From: Octopus sinensis
Lineage: Eukaryota
DNA length: 29,447 bases
Assembly (NCBI RefSeq): GCF_006345805.1
Contig: NW_021833501.1
Location: 1 to 29,447, forward strand
Reading direction: 5' to 3'
Shown here: positions 9,208 through 22,021 of the stretch, in pieces
Numbering within the stretch: position 1 is the first letter of the stretch
How the letters are laid out: every line of letters starts with the position of its first letter
Program-made: the position numbers and the translations under genes
Notes under the pieces: generated by a model
The model's input: the letters and a program-made list of their open reading frames with translations, nothing else
What the model was told of the DNA's origin: nothing
Databases searched by the model: none

Positions 9208-12180
9208 CTCTCTCTCTCTCTCTGTCTCTCACACACGCTCTCTCTCTCTGTCTCTCTCTCACACACACACACTCTCTCTCTCACACACACAAACTCTCAT
9301 ACACACACAGCACGCACATCAATTCTTCCGCTTCACGCCAACTTCAAAGGACGTTCACTCATGCAATCATCCTGTATCTTATTTCATTTTTGCTCACAAG
9401 GGGCTAAACATAGAGGTCCTGTATCTGCCTCTTTCGCTTTCACAAGGACTTCAAAAGATCCCCTTTCTAAATCTCCAGATATAAACACAACCGCCCCACC
9501 TTGCTGACTGCAAAAATCCTGCCAAATTCGCCGGAAAAACACACACATACACACGTCAATCTCTCTATATATAAAACTGAGAATGTGTGTCTGTCTGTCT
9601 GTGTGTTTCCCTAAAACTTGTGAACTGCACAACAATTTCATTCAAATTTTCCACATGCCTTACTTAAGGTCCGGGGAGTGTCATGGTAAAAAAAATCAAC
9701 TTTTTCCCTAGGGCGAGCTCACAGCAATATCATATCTTCTCCACTATTTCAGTCTTACGTGTTAAAAGTGAAGCAAAAAATCTCTTTATTGTAATGCAGG
9801 TACTTTCACTTTAATACTGAAACTATGAAAGTGAAAGTATTATATAATAGGGATCAACCATTAACAGTGGTCATCCATTTTGCTAGAAGAAGATCCACTA
9901 TGTTCTTATGTGCTACACCACTGGTTTTCAATACATATTAATCAAATTAATATTCAATTTTTCACCCTTATTATATGTGTCTGTGTGTGTATTAGCAATT
10001 CGTATAAAATTGCATCAATGACTTGAAATTGAATAAGTGGTTTCACATAAATGGGGATAAATTAAAAAGGTTTGTTTTTATTATTATTACTGTTTGACTA
10101 TTGTAATCACGTTTGTTGGTTCCTCGTCAGGGAAACGTTGTTGTGTTGCATTTGTTATATAATTGTAAACCATAAGCCTCCCCATTTCTGAGAAGGGCTT
10201 TGGTTATTGTTTAAAAATTGAATTGTGTCCCTGTTTGGGGAAATTGACAATACTTTCACCGTCTTTACGGAATCATTTTTGTTAAAATGCCTTCGATAGA
10301 AGAAAGTCCAAAAATGAATTTCGCTGCAGCTGTACACTTCTATACAAGTGGGAGGACAAGATCCAATTGATCAAAATTGCAAGAGACGGGCCTACAATTC
10401 CAGTCTGTTATATATTTTGAGTATTGTTATCACTTGCGATATCAATATATAACTTTGTATTTTGTATTTTATGTGTAGATGTATATATATAAAAGTACAT
10501 GTAATATGTACACATATATATACCATATGTACATGCATAATATATCTACCCATACACACATACGCACACACACACATACAGCCAAACGGCGGGTGGATTC
10601 GCTAATGAAATATGGCACACATGTGGAGAGGGGTGTATATATTGGAATGCAGTTTGTTGTTTTCCTATCCCCCATAGTTACCGAGAGAAAATCGATTAAA
10701 ACTTTTTTTAATGGAATTCCCCCGCCAACATACATAACCTCTCTACTTTTCTGTATACTCACTCCGCACACCCCTCCAACAACAACACACCACACACACA
10801 CACACACACACACTCTCTCTCTCTCTCTGTCTCCAACACGCTCTCTCTCTCTGTCTCTCTCTCACACACACACACTCTCTTCTCACACACACACAAACTC
10901 TCATACACACCAGCACGCACATCAATTCTTCCGCTTCACGCCAACTTCAAAGGACGTTCACTCATGCAATCATCCTGTATCTTATTTCATTTTTGCTCAC
11001 AAGGGGCTAAACATAGAGGTCCTGTATCTGCCTCTTTCGCTTTCACAAGGACTTCAAAAGATCCCCTTTCTAAATCTCCAGATATAAACACAACCGCCCC
11101 ACCTTGCTGACTGCAAAAATCCTGCCAAATTCGCCGGAAAAACACACACATACACACGTCAATCTCTCTATATATAAAAAATGAGAATGTGTGTCTGTCT
11201 GTCTGTGTGTTTCCCTAAAACTTGTGAACTGACACAACAATTTCATTCAAATTTTCCACATGCCCTACGTAAGGTCCGGGGAGAGTGTCATGGTAAAAAA
11301 AATCAACTTTTTCCCTAGGGCGAGCTCACAGCAATATCATATCTCTCCACTATTTCAGTCTTACGTGTTAAAAGTGAAGCAAAAACATCTCTTTATTGTA
11401 ATGCAGGTACTTTCACTTAATACTGAAACTATGAAAGTGAAAGTATTATATAATAGGGATCAACCATTAACAGTGGTCATCCATTTTGCTAGAAGAAGAT
11501 CCACTATGTTCTTATGTGCTACACCACTGGTTTTCAATACATATTAATCAAATTAATATTCAATTTTCACCCTTATTATATGTGTCTGTGTGTGTATTAG
11601 CAATTCGTATAAAATTGCATCAATGACTTGAAATTGAATAAGTGGTTTCACATAAATGGGGATAAATTAAAAAGGTTTGTTTTTATTATTATTACTGTTT
11701 GACTATTGTAATCACGTTTGTTGGTTCCTCGTCAGGGAAACGTTTTTGTGTTGCATTTGTTATATAATTGTAAACCATAAGCCTCCCCATTTCTGAGAAG
11801 GGCTTTGGTTATTGTTTAAAAATTGAATTGTGTCCCTGTTTGGGGAAATTGACAATATTTCACCGTCTTTACGGAATCATTTTTGTTAAAATGCCTTCGA
11901 TAGAAGAAAGTCCAAAAATGAATTTCGCTGCAGCTGTACACTTCTATACAAGTGGGAGGACAAGATCCAATTGATCAAAATTGCAAGAGACGGGCCTACA
12001 ATTCCAGTCTGTTATATATTTTGAGTATTGTTATCACTTGCGATATCAAGATATAACTTTGTATTTTGTATTTTATGTGTAGATGTATATATATAAATGT
12101 ACATGTAATATGTACACATATATATACCCATATGTACATGCATAATATCTACCCATACACACATACACACACACACATAC
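8976..12180 (+). repeat. Tandem duplication of ~1.6 kb
   Basis: ACAGCCAAACGGC at 8976 and 10578 (period about 1602). The copies are colinear throughout and differ mostly by 1-2 nt indels. Confidence 0.92.
9560..10577 (+). mobile_element. Duplicated orphan 5' end of Helitron A
   Basis: A|TCTCTCTATATATAAAA 5' terminus at 9560, colinear with 11163-12180. Confidence 0.75.
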
Positions 12181-12187
12181 ATACATA

Positions 12188-12322
12188 GGGGCAGGTGTGG
12201 CTGTGTGGTAACAAACTACGTTCCAAACACATGGTCCTGGGTTCAGTCCCACTGGGTGGTGACTTGGCATGTGTCTTCTGCTGTAGCCTCAGACAACAAA
12301 AGCCTTCTCGGTGGATTTTGTA
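12188..12322 (+). mobile_element. tRNA-derived SINE (octopus-type), degenerate
   Basis: A-box-like TGGCTGTGTGG and B-box-like GGTTCAGTCCC. The body matches a common octopus SINE as I recall it (not searched). Confidence 0.75.
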
Positions 12323-12399
12323 CATATGTACAGGCATACATACATATATATATATATATACATGCATACGTACATATTCGGCATAAACACTCTATCACT

Positions 12400-14070
12400 A
12401 CAACTAATAACTGTTGGTAACACTTTCAAACCTGCCTTACATTCGAACCGGAATCTCAAAAACACTGTCCCCTTCAGCGCCATGCTCAACTGCTCTATCC
12501 TGACATGGAGGGTATCAGCAATGAAATCTATAACAAAACACTCATTGACATTGAAGACAGAATTGCTAAACTGGGTGGAAAGGAATTGTCGACGTATAGC
12601 CTGCCACAAGCATTCAGGTGAGGGTCAAATAGCCTTCCCACTGCTGTCATTCGCGAAACAACTTACGACACTCAAGCGCTTTCAAAGTACATTGTTGAAA
12701 ATGAGCCTAAATTACTTCCGGACCAGCTGCAGGCCTACAGAACTATTCTTAACAGTGTACGCCAACGCGATGGACGAATCTTCCTCGATGCTCCTGGAGG
12801 GACAGGAAAACATTTATTACAAAGCTTCTCCTTGCAGAAGTTAGGCAGCATCAGGACATTGCAGTAGCTGTAGCCTCCTCTGGCATTGCAGCTACTTTGT
12901 AACCCGGTGGCAGGACAGCACACTCAACTTTTAAACTCCCTCTCAATTTAGCAGCATCCGAAATGCCTTCATGCAACATCAACAAAAGCTCAGATCAGGG
13001 ACAAGAACTTAAAATGTGTTATCTAATTGTCTGGGATGAGTGCACTATGGCTCACAAGGGAGCTTTGGAAGCATGAGATAGAGCCCTGAAAGACATCCGC
13101 GACTGTCAGGCTCCGATGGGAGGTGTAACGCTTCTGTAGTCAGGTGATTTCAGAGACAACTCTTCCTGTCATTCCGAAAGGCACTAGAGCAGATGAAGTC
13201 CACGCATGCCTAAAGTCCTCTAACCTGTGGCATCATGTTACAATCCTCAGTCTCACCACTAACATGAGAGCTCAGCTACACGGCGACAAAATGTCCGCAA
13301 AGTTTGCACATCCATTTTGACACTTGGTGAGGCAAGATGCCCCTCGATGCTGCAGGACAAATAGAAGTGTGGTCATTTTCCTGTGTTGTTAATTCTGTAG
13401 ATGACCTAAAAAACAAAGTCTTTCCCAGCTTCACACAAAACTACCAAAATCACAATTGGCTGTGTGAAAGAGCAATATTAGCTCCAAAAAACGTCGCTGT
13501 TAACAAAATCAATCAACAGCTAATGCATTCTCTTCCCGACAGTATACACACTTACAAGTCTGTTGATACAATTCCACATATAAATGAAGTTGTGAACTAT
13601 CCTCCTGAATTTCTCAATTCACCGGAGCCTCCTGGTCTACCTCCACACATATTAGCACTTAAAGTTGGAACTCCTGTAACGCTACTCCGCAATCTGGAAC
13701 CACCAGACTTTGCAATGGAACACGACTGGTGATAAAGAAAATCATGTCACACGTTATCGAGGCAATCATTTTTTCTGGATGTGGAAAAGCTGATGACGTC
13801 TTTATTCCAAGATTTCCTCTTACTCCATCAGGAGCAGAAATTCCATTTACATTCAGAAGATTGTAATTTCCCCTTCGTGTCAGCTTTGCCATGTCCATTA
13901 ACAAATCTCAGGGTCAAACCCTCTCTGTAGCTGGTCTTCTCTTGGAAGAGCCCTGCTTCTCGCATGGGCAACTGTATGTTGGCTGCTCAAGAGTAGGAAC
14001 CAAAAGAAACCTTTTTGTATATGCTCCACAAGGGAAAACAAGGAACATTGTTTACAACGAGGTGTTATAA
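12400..14070 (+). pseudogene. Helitron Pif1-family helicase region (Rep portion deleted), with stops and frameshifts
   Basis: FLDAPGGTGK, AVASSGIAATL, GRTAHSTFKLP, IVWDECTM, GDFR/QTLPVIP, ERAILAPKN, PGLPPHIL.LKVG, NGTRL, FAMSINKSQGQT, CFSHGQLYVGCSRV. Ends NIVYNEVL* at 14068-14070. Confidence 0.95.
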
Positions 14071-15607
14071 TCTCAACAGCCAGGAGGTATATACATGATA
14101 CCCTTTTTTTAACAAACTTCATGTACTTTCATGTATTTATATTAATATACATATATATAGGTGTGTGTGTGTATCCATATATATATATATATAACAGAAT
14201 AGTCTAATTCTTCAATTGAATGTACCCGGGCAACGCCAGGTATCTCTGCTAGTTTCATATATTTTCTTTCACTTTCTGCTCTCTTGATTACACAGACGTC
14301 CAATACAATAGCTACATTTTCGTTCTCTAAAAAAGGTACGTGTCTATTTTTCTTATAAGTGTATACCAATGACTCCTTCCATAATGTTCCACTTAGCTTT
14401 TATCTTCACTTTTCTTAAATTGGATACGTCTGCTATTAAGTTGCAGAACTTTGGCAGTATAATTAAAAATCATTTCTGCTTTAATTCTTACATACAATTT
14501 GCCTGTAAATTCTTACAGCTTCATTATTTGGCGATGATTGAAATGTCAAACATTTTCTAACTGTTAAATCAATTCTTAACGTCAACTTCTTACTACCTCT
14601 TCTATTTTTTTCATAGCACCCATACTTTCCGTGAAAATCGATAAAAACTTCTTCCCCACTTCGTTCTTCCATTAAAACAACCAGTTGTTCACACAGCCAC
14701 CATATACTTTTCCGCGAGCAACAAGGGGACTACAGGATGAGTTAGCTAAAACTTTCCCTATGCTGTCTCTCTTCTTTCACCTCTTCGTGGGGTTAATTAT
14801 CTTCAACGTTAGTTACCTTTTCTCCTTGAAACTACATATTACGCACAATTGTTGGATTAATACAGTGGGGTGTTTTGTGGGAGATTTGGCTGCTATTTCT
14901 ACTAGGTCTACCTACCATGTAGACGTCTGAACTTAATTTTCATTCACAGATTTGCATTTCAAAAATTTAACATAATCTTTTCCATAATCAACTATCGAAA
15001 AATTTTCTACCATGACCTCACATTTTCTATGTATGTGTGTGTACCTTAAAAGACGTGATTAGACGGAGGTCCAACAGAATAGTTCTCACAAACAGACTAC
15101 GTACAAGTTCTTTCTTCACAACTCCTGAAGCTGTTTTCTGCGAAGATTTTTCACTTGTCCGGGCATTGCTATTACAGACAAATTAACAACAATTCCACTC
15201 CAGAGATAAACACAAACCACCTCTTGCTGACTGCAAAAGTCCTGCCAAATTAGCCGGAAAACACACACACACACGTCCATTTCATATATCTTCTTCAAAG
15301 CTGCATGCGTTTTTTGAAACATTTCACTATTTTTTTCTTATTTATCGTTATACATTTCCAACTATAATAACAGATAAAGATTAATACTTTGTTCAAAAAC
15401 ATCAACGTTTCACTTTCAGACACAGGTTCAAGTTGAAAAAAAAAACTTAACTTTCGTTACAATTATTTTTTGCTTCTTCAAAAAATCTCATGACGTTTGC
15501 CTCAGTAAAAACCATCTTTACAGATAATGCCTAACCGAAAACAATCAATGCTGTGTACCAAAAGGAATGCCCTCCTAAAACAGCGAAAAAGGGAGTTGCG
15601 TTCACAG

Positions 15608-15713
15608 GTACGTTTCTCAACATTCATATCATTTCGATTTTGCTTCTACACATTCTCCTCCTGTATCCCATTTCAATATTGCACTTTCATATGTTTTCTA
15701 CTATTCCTTTCAG
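15608..15713 (+). other. Predicted 106-nt phase-0 GT-AG intron in the RepHel gene
   Basis: Donor CAG|GTACGT and acceptor CTATTCCTTTCAG|G. Splicing joins MPNRKQ...ELRSQ in frame to ETQEAREARL. Confidence 0.75.
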
Positions 15714-16057
15714 GAAACACAAGAAGCAAGAGAGGCCCGTCTTGATGATCAGCGTAGTCGTGATCAACGCTCACTATGTGACGAACCTGTTGAAGCAAGG
15801 CAGGCCCGTCTTGCTTTCATGCGTATTCGAAATCGGCGCTCACTCCTTGTGGGTCAGAAGAAGCAAGGCAAGCTCGTCTTGCCGCCCAGCGTAGTCATAA
15901 TCAACGCTCACTCCTTCAGGAGCCTGCTGAAGCAAGAGAGGCCCGCCCCGCTGCCCAACATAGACAACGCCAGATATCAAGTCTTCAGGAATCATCGGAG
16001 CTATGGAAAACAGGTTGGCAGGTCGACGTCAAAAAAATATTGCTGCTGCAAGGGGCG
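15714..16057 (+). repeat. Four full and one degenerate 69-bp coding repeats (23-aa STPR-like)
   Basis: ETQEAREARLDDQRSRDQRSLCD / EPVEARQARLAFMRIRNRRSLLV / (E)SEEARQARLAAQRSHNQRSLLQ / EPAEAREARPAAQHRQRQISSLQ / ESSEL.ENRLAGRR. Units start at 15714, 15783, 15852 (1-nt deletion), 15920 and 15989. Confidence 0.85.
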
Positions 16058-19000
16058 CATTTTGGGTGAGAGTTGGATTCAGATACAGTCCTGCTGATGA
16101 TTTCTCCAATCACCTGGACGTGACTCTTGGTAAAATGGACAGGGAATGCCGATTTTGTCAAGCTAAGTAGTGGGCTGGTGAGGCAGCTGGTCTTTGTTGT
16201 TCTGGAGGCAAGGTTCGATTTCAGCCGCTCGCAGATCCACCTGAAGTTCTGAAAAATCTCCTCCTCAATAGCTCCGACTACGCCAAGAAATTCCGAAAAG
16301 GCATTTGGAGTTATAACTCCTGCTTCCCTATGAACTCTTTTGCCGTAAAGAACATCCACGACAAACATAACATCAACAACGTCAATATTGATGGAAATTG
16401 GGCGGTTAATCCTGCAAACAAAACGAAGGAGTTGCATTACACCTTCAAGATTCAAGGTCAATGTTATCATCGCATGGGAAGTCTTTATCCTCAGCCTACC
16501 AAGGAACCCAAGTTCTTTCAGATTTTCTTCATGGGTTGTTCAAACGCAGAAGCTATCCAACGGTGCAACAGAAATTCAGATGTTGACGCAGCAATTGTTG
16601 CTGAACTCCAACATATGCTTCATGCAACACACCCTTATGTCAACGAATTGAAGAATGATGCGTTGCAGCTTTTGGAAGCCCAACCTGAGCTAAAATTGAT
16701 AATTAAAGCCTAGAGGCGACCTGCTGGTGAGCACCCGCGACCTTTCAATGCTCCAACCACCAACAGGTTGCAGCAGTCGGCGAAGAAAATGGCAAGCGTG
16801 ATATTGTCTTCCAGCACCGCGATAGCCGACTGTCTTTTGTTTCGGAACCTATCGGTCATACGACTGCCTGCAGTACCCCCTACTGTTTCCCCTTTGGAGA
16901 GGATGGCAACAGCTTTCACCAACGCCATTTGATCCAATCACGGGTGCTGAATTAACCAAGGCTGTTTCCTGCAAGGAATTCTATGCCTTCCGTCTTATGG
17001 TCAGAGAAGGTCAGTTCAACCAACTACTACGGTACAAGGAAGTCACAAATCAATTCTTGGTTGACATGTTTGCCAAGGCTGAAGGTGAAAGGCTTCTTTG
17101 TATTCGTTAAAATCAAAACAGATTGCGTGTGGATCGATATCTTACCGTTCATGTCCAGCTGTATGTTAATGCAAGAAACATTGGCCTTCCGGTGATACGT
17201 CCTTCCAGCCATACCGGGTCTCGACGGTATATGCATCAGCGGACACAGGATGCCATGGCATATGTCCGTAAATTTAGCGGACATGACCTCTTAATCACCT
17301 TTACGTGCAACTCAACTTGGCAAGAGATAAAGGAAAACTTATTCGAGGCCAGGCTGCATGCGACAGGCACGACTTAGTGGCCAGAGTTTTCCACGAAAAT
17401 TGCAGAAATTTATGTGGTTATTGAAAATTGATGCTGTCTACAGAAAACTTAACGCGTGGATGTACACTGTAGAATGGCAAAAGCGGGGTCTTCCACACAC
17501 CCATATACTGATTTGGTGCCAAGAAATAATCAGACCTGCGGACATCGATCAAATTAAATGTGCAGAGGTGCCCAAACCTAATGTCAACTTGCAGCTATTC
17601 CAAATCGTGTCGGCGCATATGATACACGGCCCTGTGGTGTCTTGGATCCTAATTCTCCATGTATGGAAAAAATAGATGTTCAAAGAACTATCCCAGGGCT
17701 TTCAACAAGATACATTTACTAGTATTTGCGGCTACCCAATTTACTGACGACATGCCCCTCACTTTGGAGGAATTTCGGCGAAAAAAAGGATAAGGAGCAA
17801 GGAAATTGCCATCAACAAGTATGGTTGTTCCCTACAGCCCTTTCCTCCTTAAAACTTTCAACGCCCACATCAACGTTGAATCTTGCACTTCGATTAAAGG
17901 CATCAAGTACATATGCAAACATGTAAACAAGGGCAGCGACATGGCTGTTTTGGGTGTGCAGGATGAAGAAACAGCCAACGATAAAATCCTTCAATACGTT
18001 ATGGGCAGGTATATTTCGTTCAATATGGCGGCATGGCGCATTCTAGATTTTGATATTCACCAGTCCTCTGCAGCTGTTTTTGGCCTAGATGTACACTTAG
18101 AAAATAGGCAACGTGTTTACTTCACTGAGAACACCGCCGCAAATGTACTCAAAAAGCCACCGGAAACAACGTTTACAGCATTCTTTAAGTCGTGTACATC
18201 CGATTCCTTTGCGCAAACTCTACTTTATGAGGATGTACCGTCCTACTTCACTTGGACTAACAAAAAATGGCAAAGGTGGCGGCAGGGTGTGCGAATCGAC
18301 AATGAGGTTGGCGAGGTAATCTACAAAGGAAACATGATCGATCGTGTCCACACTGTACACCCAAATCATCAGGAGTGTTTTTTTGTGGATGATTCTGTTT
18401 CATATGAAAGGCCCAACATCATTTGCCCACGTCAGATCATTCGATGGACAAATGTGTTGCACTTACAGGGAAGCTTGCTTGCGACGGGGACTACTCGAGA
18501 TGAGGGTCTCTGGAACACGGCATTGCAAGAGGTCTCTGAATGCAGGACACCAGAAGTAATGCGCTGAATATTTTGTCTCATCTTGCTATTGAGTAATGTG
18601 TCTGACCCTCTTCATTTGTGGGACACATTTAAAGATAGTTTTTCCGAAGACTATCTCCGACGACTTCAAGACGAAGATCCAACGGCTGGATTCGACTTCA
18701 ATAACGTCATCTACAACACAGCCCTCCTCGATTTGCAATCGCGACTGCAAGCTATGGGAGGAGTTGGAGTACTCAGATTTCAGTCTGCCGTCTCCGCGGG
18801 ACATTTCAAATGCTTTAGCTGCTGAGTACATGTGAGAGTTGAGCTACAACAGACAGGAAATGGTGGCGCAGGTGCTCAGGATGTTCCTAGACTTTTGGAA
18901 GTACAGAGAATTGAATACAACAGGTTCCTCGCAAGTATTAATTCCAACGAAAGACATTTTTTTTTGGATGCTCCCGGCAGAACCGGAAAAAATGTTTCTC

Positions 19001-20915
19001 ATGAACCTCCCACTCGCCAATATTCTCCAGGAAAATGGGATTGCCATAGCGGTTGCATCCAGCGGCATCGCGGCAACTCTACTGCATGGCGGTCGTACGG
19101 CACACTCAGCATTCAAATTACCACTAGACTTGACCAAACAGGGAAATCCAACTTGCAATTTTAGTCGTGGCTCAGCCATGGGGAATCTTCTCACTGAGTG
19201 CAGCTTTATCATTTCGGATGAGGAAGCCATGTGTTATAAGGCAGCATTTGAGGCGCTCGAGCGGTCTCTTCAAGACCTGAGACGCAATATGAGAGTGATG
19301 GGTGGAGTGATTGTTCTGCTTGCTGGCAACTTCCGACAAACTCTACCTGTCATTCCCTGGGGGACAAGAGCTAACGAAGTAAATGCTTCCATAAAATCAT
19401 CCTAGTTATGGCACCACAGCGAGAAACTTCACCTGACTACGAACATGAGTGTTCACGTGTTTGGCGACGAAAATGCGGCCACATTCTCGGCGCAGCTTCT
19501 CGATGTTAGTAATGGACTGTAGCTGGTGATACTGATGGTTTCATCCATTTACCATTTGGTAACTTCGTGCCTAACAAAGATGATTTTGTTTCTTCAGTTT
19601 TTCCTGACATTGCAAGCCAAAGCCTTCACACAACTTGCCTACAAGAATAGCAATTTTGGCGCCTCACAATAAAACAGTCGACGCTATCAATAATAACTCT
19701 CCTTCAAGCCCATTGACACGCATGAAAACCTGGATGATATGACCGTTTTGCGCACAGCATTTCTTAATTCCCAACGCCCACAGGACTTCAGCCTCTGGAA
19801 CTCCATCTCAAGGATGGCGCGCCCATCATGCCGCTGCGGAATTTGGATGCTGAAATAATGTGTAACGGCACGCGAATGATAATAAAATATATATACTCCC
19901 GAGTTCTGCAGGCAAACATCTTGAATGGACCAGCCACTGCTCAAGATGTTCTTATAACCCAATATCCCTCACTCCCTCCGACACGATCTACAAATTTAAG
20001 CGGCTTCAATTTCCTATCAAACTCTACTTTGCTTTGAAAATATATAAGGTACAGGGTCAATCTTTGCAAATGGTTGGTTTAAATCTCACAGAACAAGTGT
20101 TCTCCCACGGTCAACTCACCGTTTGATGCTCCCATGTGGCGGCACACAAAGTCTAGACATTTGTGCATCAGAAGGGAAAACGAGAATGTAGCCTACAAAG
20201 AAGCGCTCCTCTGAAAAGATGGCATTTCTTCACATCTTTCAAAACACCCCAGTCATCTGCCGCATCAAAAGCTTCGTAGCCGCCGTTCCAGCCAATGTAA
20301 CTCAATGACACACACCATCACTCACACACACTATCTCTCTTTCTCATCCTCTTTCTCTCTCACATGCACAAGTAAGCTCACACCACACACCACACACACA
20401 CACACACACACCACACACATGTCCATTTCACATATCTTTCAATTTCTGTCTCTGTAAAGAAAGTTTTTATGGATACAACTGCTTAGAAAAATAGTGATTA
20501 ATGTATAATTTCTTTCTATCTCATAATTAAATAAATGTTTAAATGATTAGACAGTGGCCCAATGCAATAGCTCTCAGAAACAGACTACGTACGAATTCTT
20601 TCTTCACAACTCCTGAAGCTGTTTTCTGACAGCGGGAAGGGTGGAGATGGAAATAATTTTCATATAGCTGGAGGCTCCAATCGAAACAGGAGACCCGAAA
20701 TGATAAGGTTGAGAAACGTTGTTATAGATTATGCCTAACCGAAAACGATCACACCCACATCATCCAAACAGACCAGGTGAAATCGGGCTTATCTGCTAGT
20801 ATACCTATATTTACATATGTATGTATATGCAAACTTCCTGTTAACAAAAGTCGGGATGCGTGACGTTCAGTTATTCCATAAATGTAAAATGTATTAAATA
20901 CTACAAAACATACAA

Positions 20916-20987
20916 AAGAAACTTGCCCAAGGTGTCATGCAGTGGGACTTAACCTGGAATCATGTGGTTCGGTGGCATACTTCTTAG
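20916..20987 (-). mobile_element. tRNA-derived SINE 5' fragment
   Basis: Reverse complement resembles the head of the 12188 SINE (CATGATTCCAGGTTAAGTCCCACTGCATGACACCTTGGGCAAGT). Confidence 0.7.
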
Positions 20988-21189
20988 CGTACATCTACTC
21001 CTACGTCTACACACAGACGCACACACACACACACACGCACACACACAAACACACGCACACATTCACATACACACACTCTCAAACACACAGAAGAAAGCAC
21101 TACAGACACACGCACACACACATATATGTACGTAACTATAGTTATGTGTTTATGTGGATAATTTGATGTGGATAATATTAATACATACA

Positions 21190-21233
<44 letters not shown>

Positions 21234-21448
21234 TCAATTTAGGGTAGCAAAAAATTCAATAGAAATCTATCGCAACCAGCGGCCTGGTGAAAAAAAGAAA
21301 ATAGTCATCGACTAAATATATAAATATAACGATTTAGGAGTGACCCCAACAGGTCACTCGTCCACCAGAAAGAGCAGCCATAACTCACACCGCCAAGTAT
21401 TATTATTCAGAAATTAGGTGAAAATTTAAAAACATTTACCCTAATTCA

Positions 21449-21548
21449 TCTTTTAGACGTTGCAACGTTTCTGTGTCATTAATGATTAAATTAGCTTATT
21501 AAATTAAATTAAGCCAATCTACCATAGGTTACACTTCATCAGTAAAGA
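21449..21548 (-). ncRNA. Type I hammerhead ribozyme, array unit 1
   Basis: Reverse complement of the motif described at 22640-22739, with minor indels in stem II. Confidence 0.78.
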
Positions 21549-21920
21549 CCTGGGAGAGACAAATATACACGAGGCGTCTGTATCGAAGCCTACGGGATAT
21601 CTGACTTAAAATTTTCAAGACTGACGTATTCGCGCCAAACTTATCAACAGTAAATATAAACTGCCGCTTCAATCTCAGAATTATTCAGAAAATTATCAAT
21701 TAGTCAATTTAGGGTAGCAAAGAAATTCAATAGAAATCTATCGCAACCAGCGGCCTGGTGAAAAAAAGAAAATAGTCATCGACTAAATATATAAATATAA
21801 CGATTTAGGAGTGACCCCAACAGGTCACTCGTCCACCAGAAAGAGCAGCCATAACTCACACCGCCAAGTATTATTAATTCAGAAATTAGGTGAAAATTTA
21901 AAAACATTTACCCTAATTCA

Positions 21921-22021
21921 TCTTTTAGACGTTGCAACGTTTCTGTGTCATTAATGATTAAATTAGCTTAATTAAATTAAATTAAGCCAATCTACCATAG
22001 GTTACACTTCATCAGTAAAGA
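21921..22021 (-). ncRNA. Type I hammerhead ribozyme, array unit 2
   Basis: Same motif as unit 1. Confidence 0.78.

Larger units (their letters stand above)
11163..14252 (+). mobile_element. Internally deleted Helitron (Helitron A) with both termini
   Basis: 5' A|TCTCTCTATATATAAAA at 11163. 3' hairpin TACCCGG-GCAACG-CCAGGTA at 14223-14242, then CTAG 14249-14252|T. No TSD. The flanks rejoin to match the empty site at 15271-15295. Confidence 0.85.
15527..20214 (+). pseudogene. Nearly complete Helitron RepHel gene (STPR-like repeats, Zn motif, HUH/Y2 Rep, Pif1 helicase), heavily disrupted
   Basis: Exon 1 15527-15607, intron 15608-15713. CRFC...LCC Zn motif near 16147-16200; FKIQGQCYHRMGSL; LITFTCN; EWQKRGLPHTH (HUH 17496-17504); VVPYSPFL..AHINVE; KYICKHVNKG; FLDAPGRTGK; VASSGIAATLLHGGRTAHS; QGQSL..FSHGQL. 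Ends NVAYKEALL*. Confidence 0.95.
8921..20799 (+). mobile_element. Large Helitron (Helitron B) carrying a nested Helitron in its 5' non-coding region
   Basis: Helitron-type subterminal text CACAGCCAAACGGCTGG...ATGAAATATGGCACACATGT from about 8975. RepHel pseudogene at 15527-20214. Degenerate hairpin 20771-20788 and CTAG 20796-20799 followed by T. The 5' TC is hidden in (TA)n. Linking the 8921 end to the 20799 end is inference. Confidence 0.6.

Noticed and set aside
15985-19962. Minus-strand ORFs overlapping RepHel, and similar ones antisense to the Dong ORF at 25522-26867
   Set aside because: They are antisense shadows of coding sequence with no recognisable motifs.
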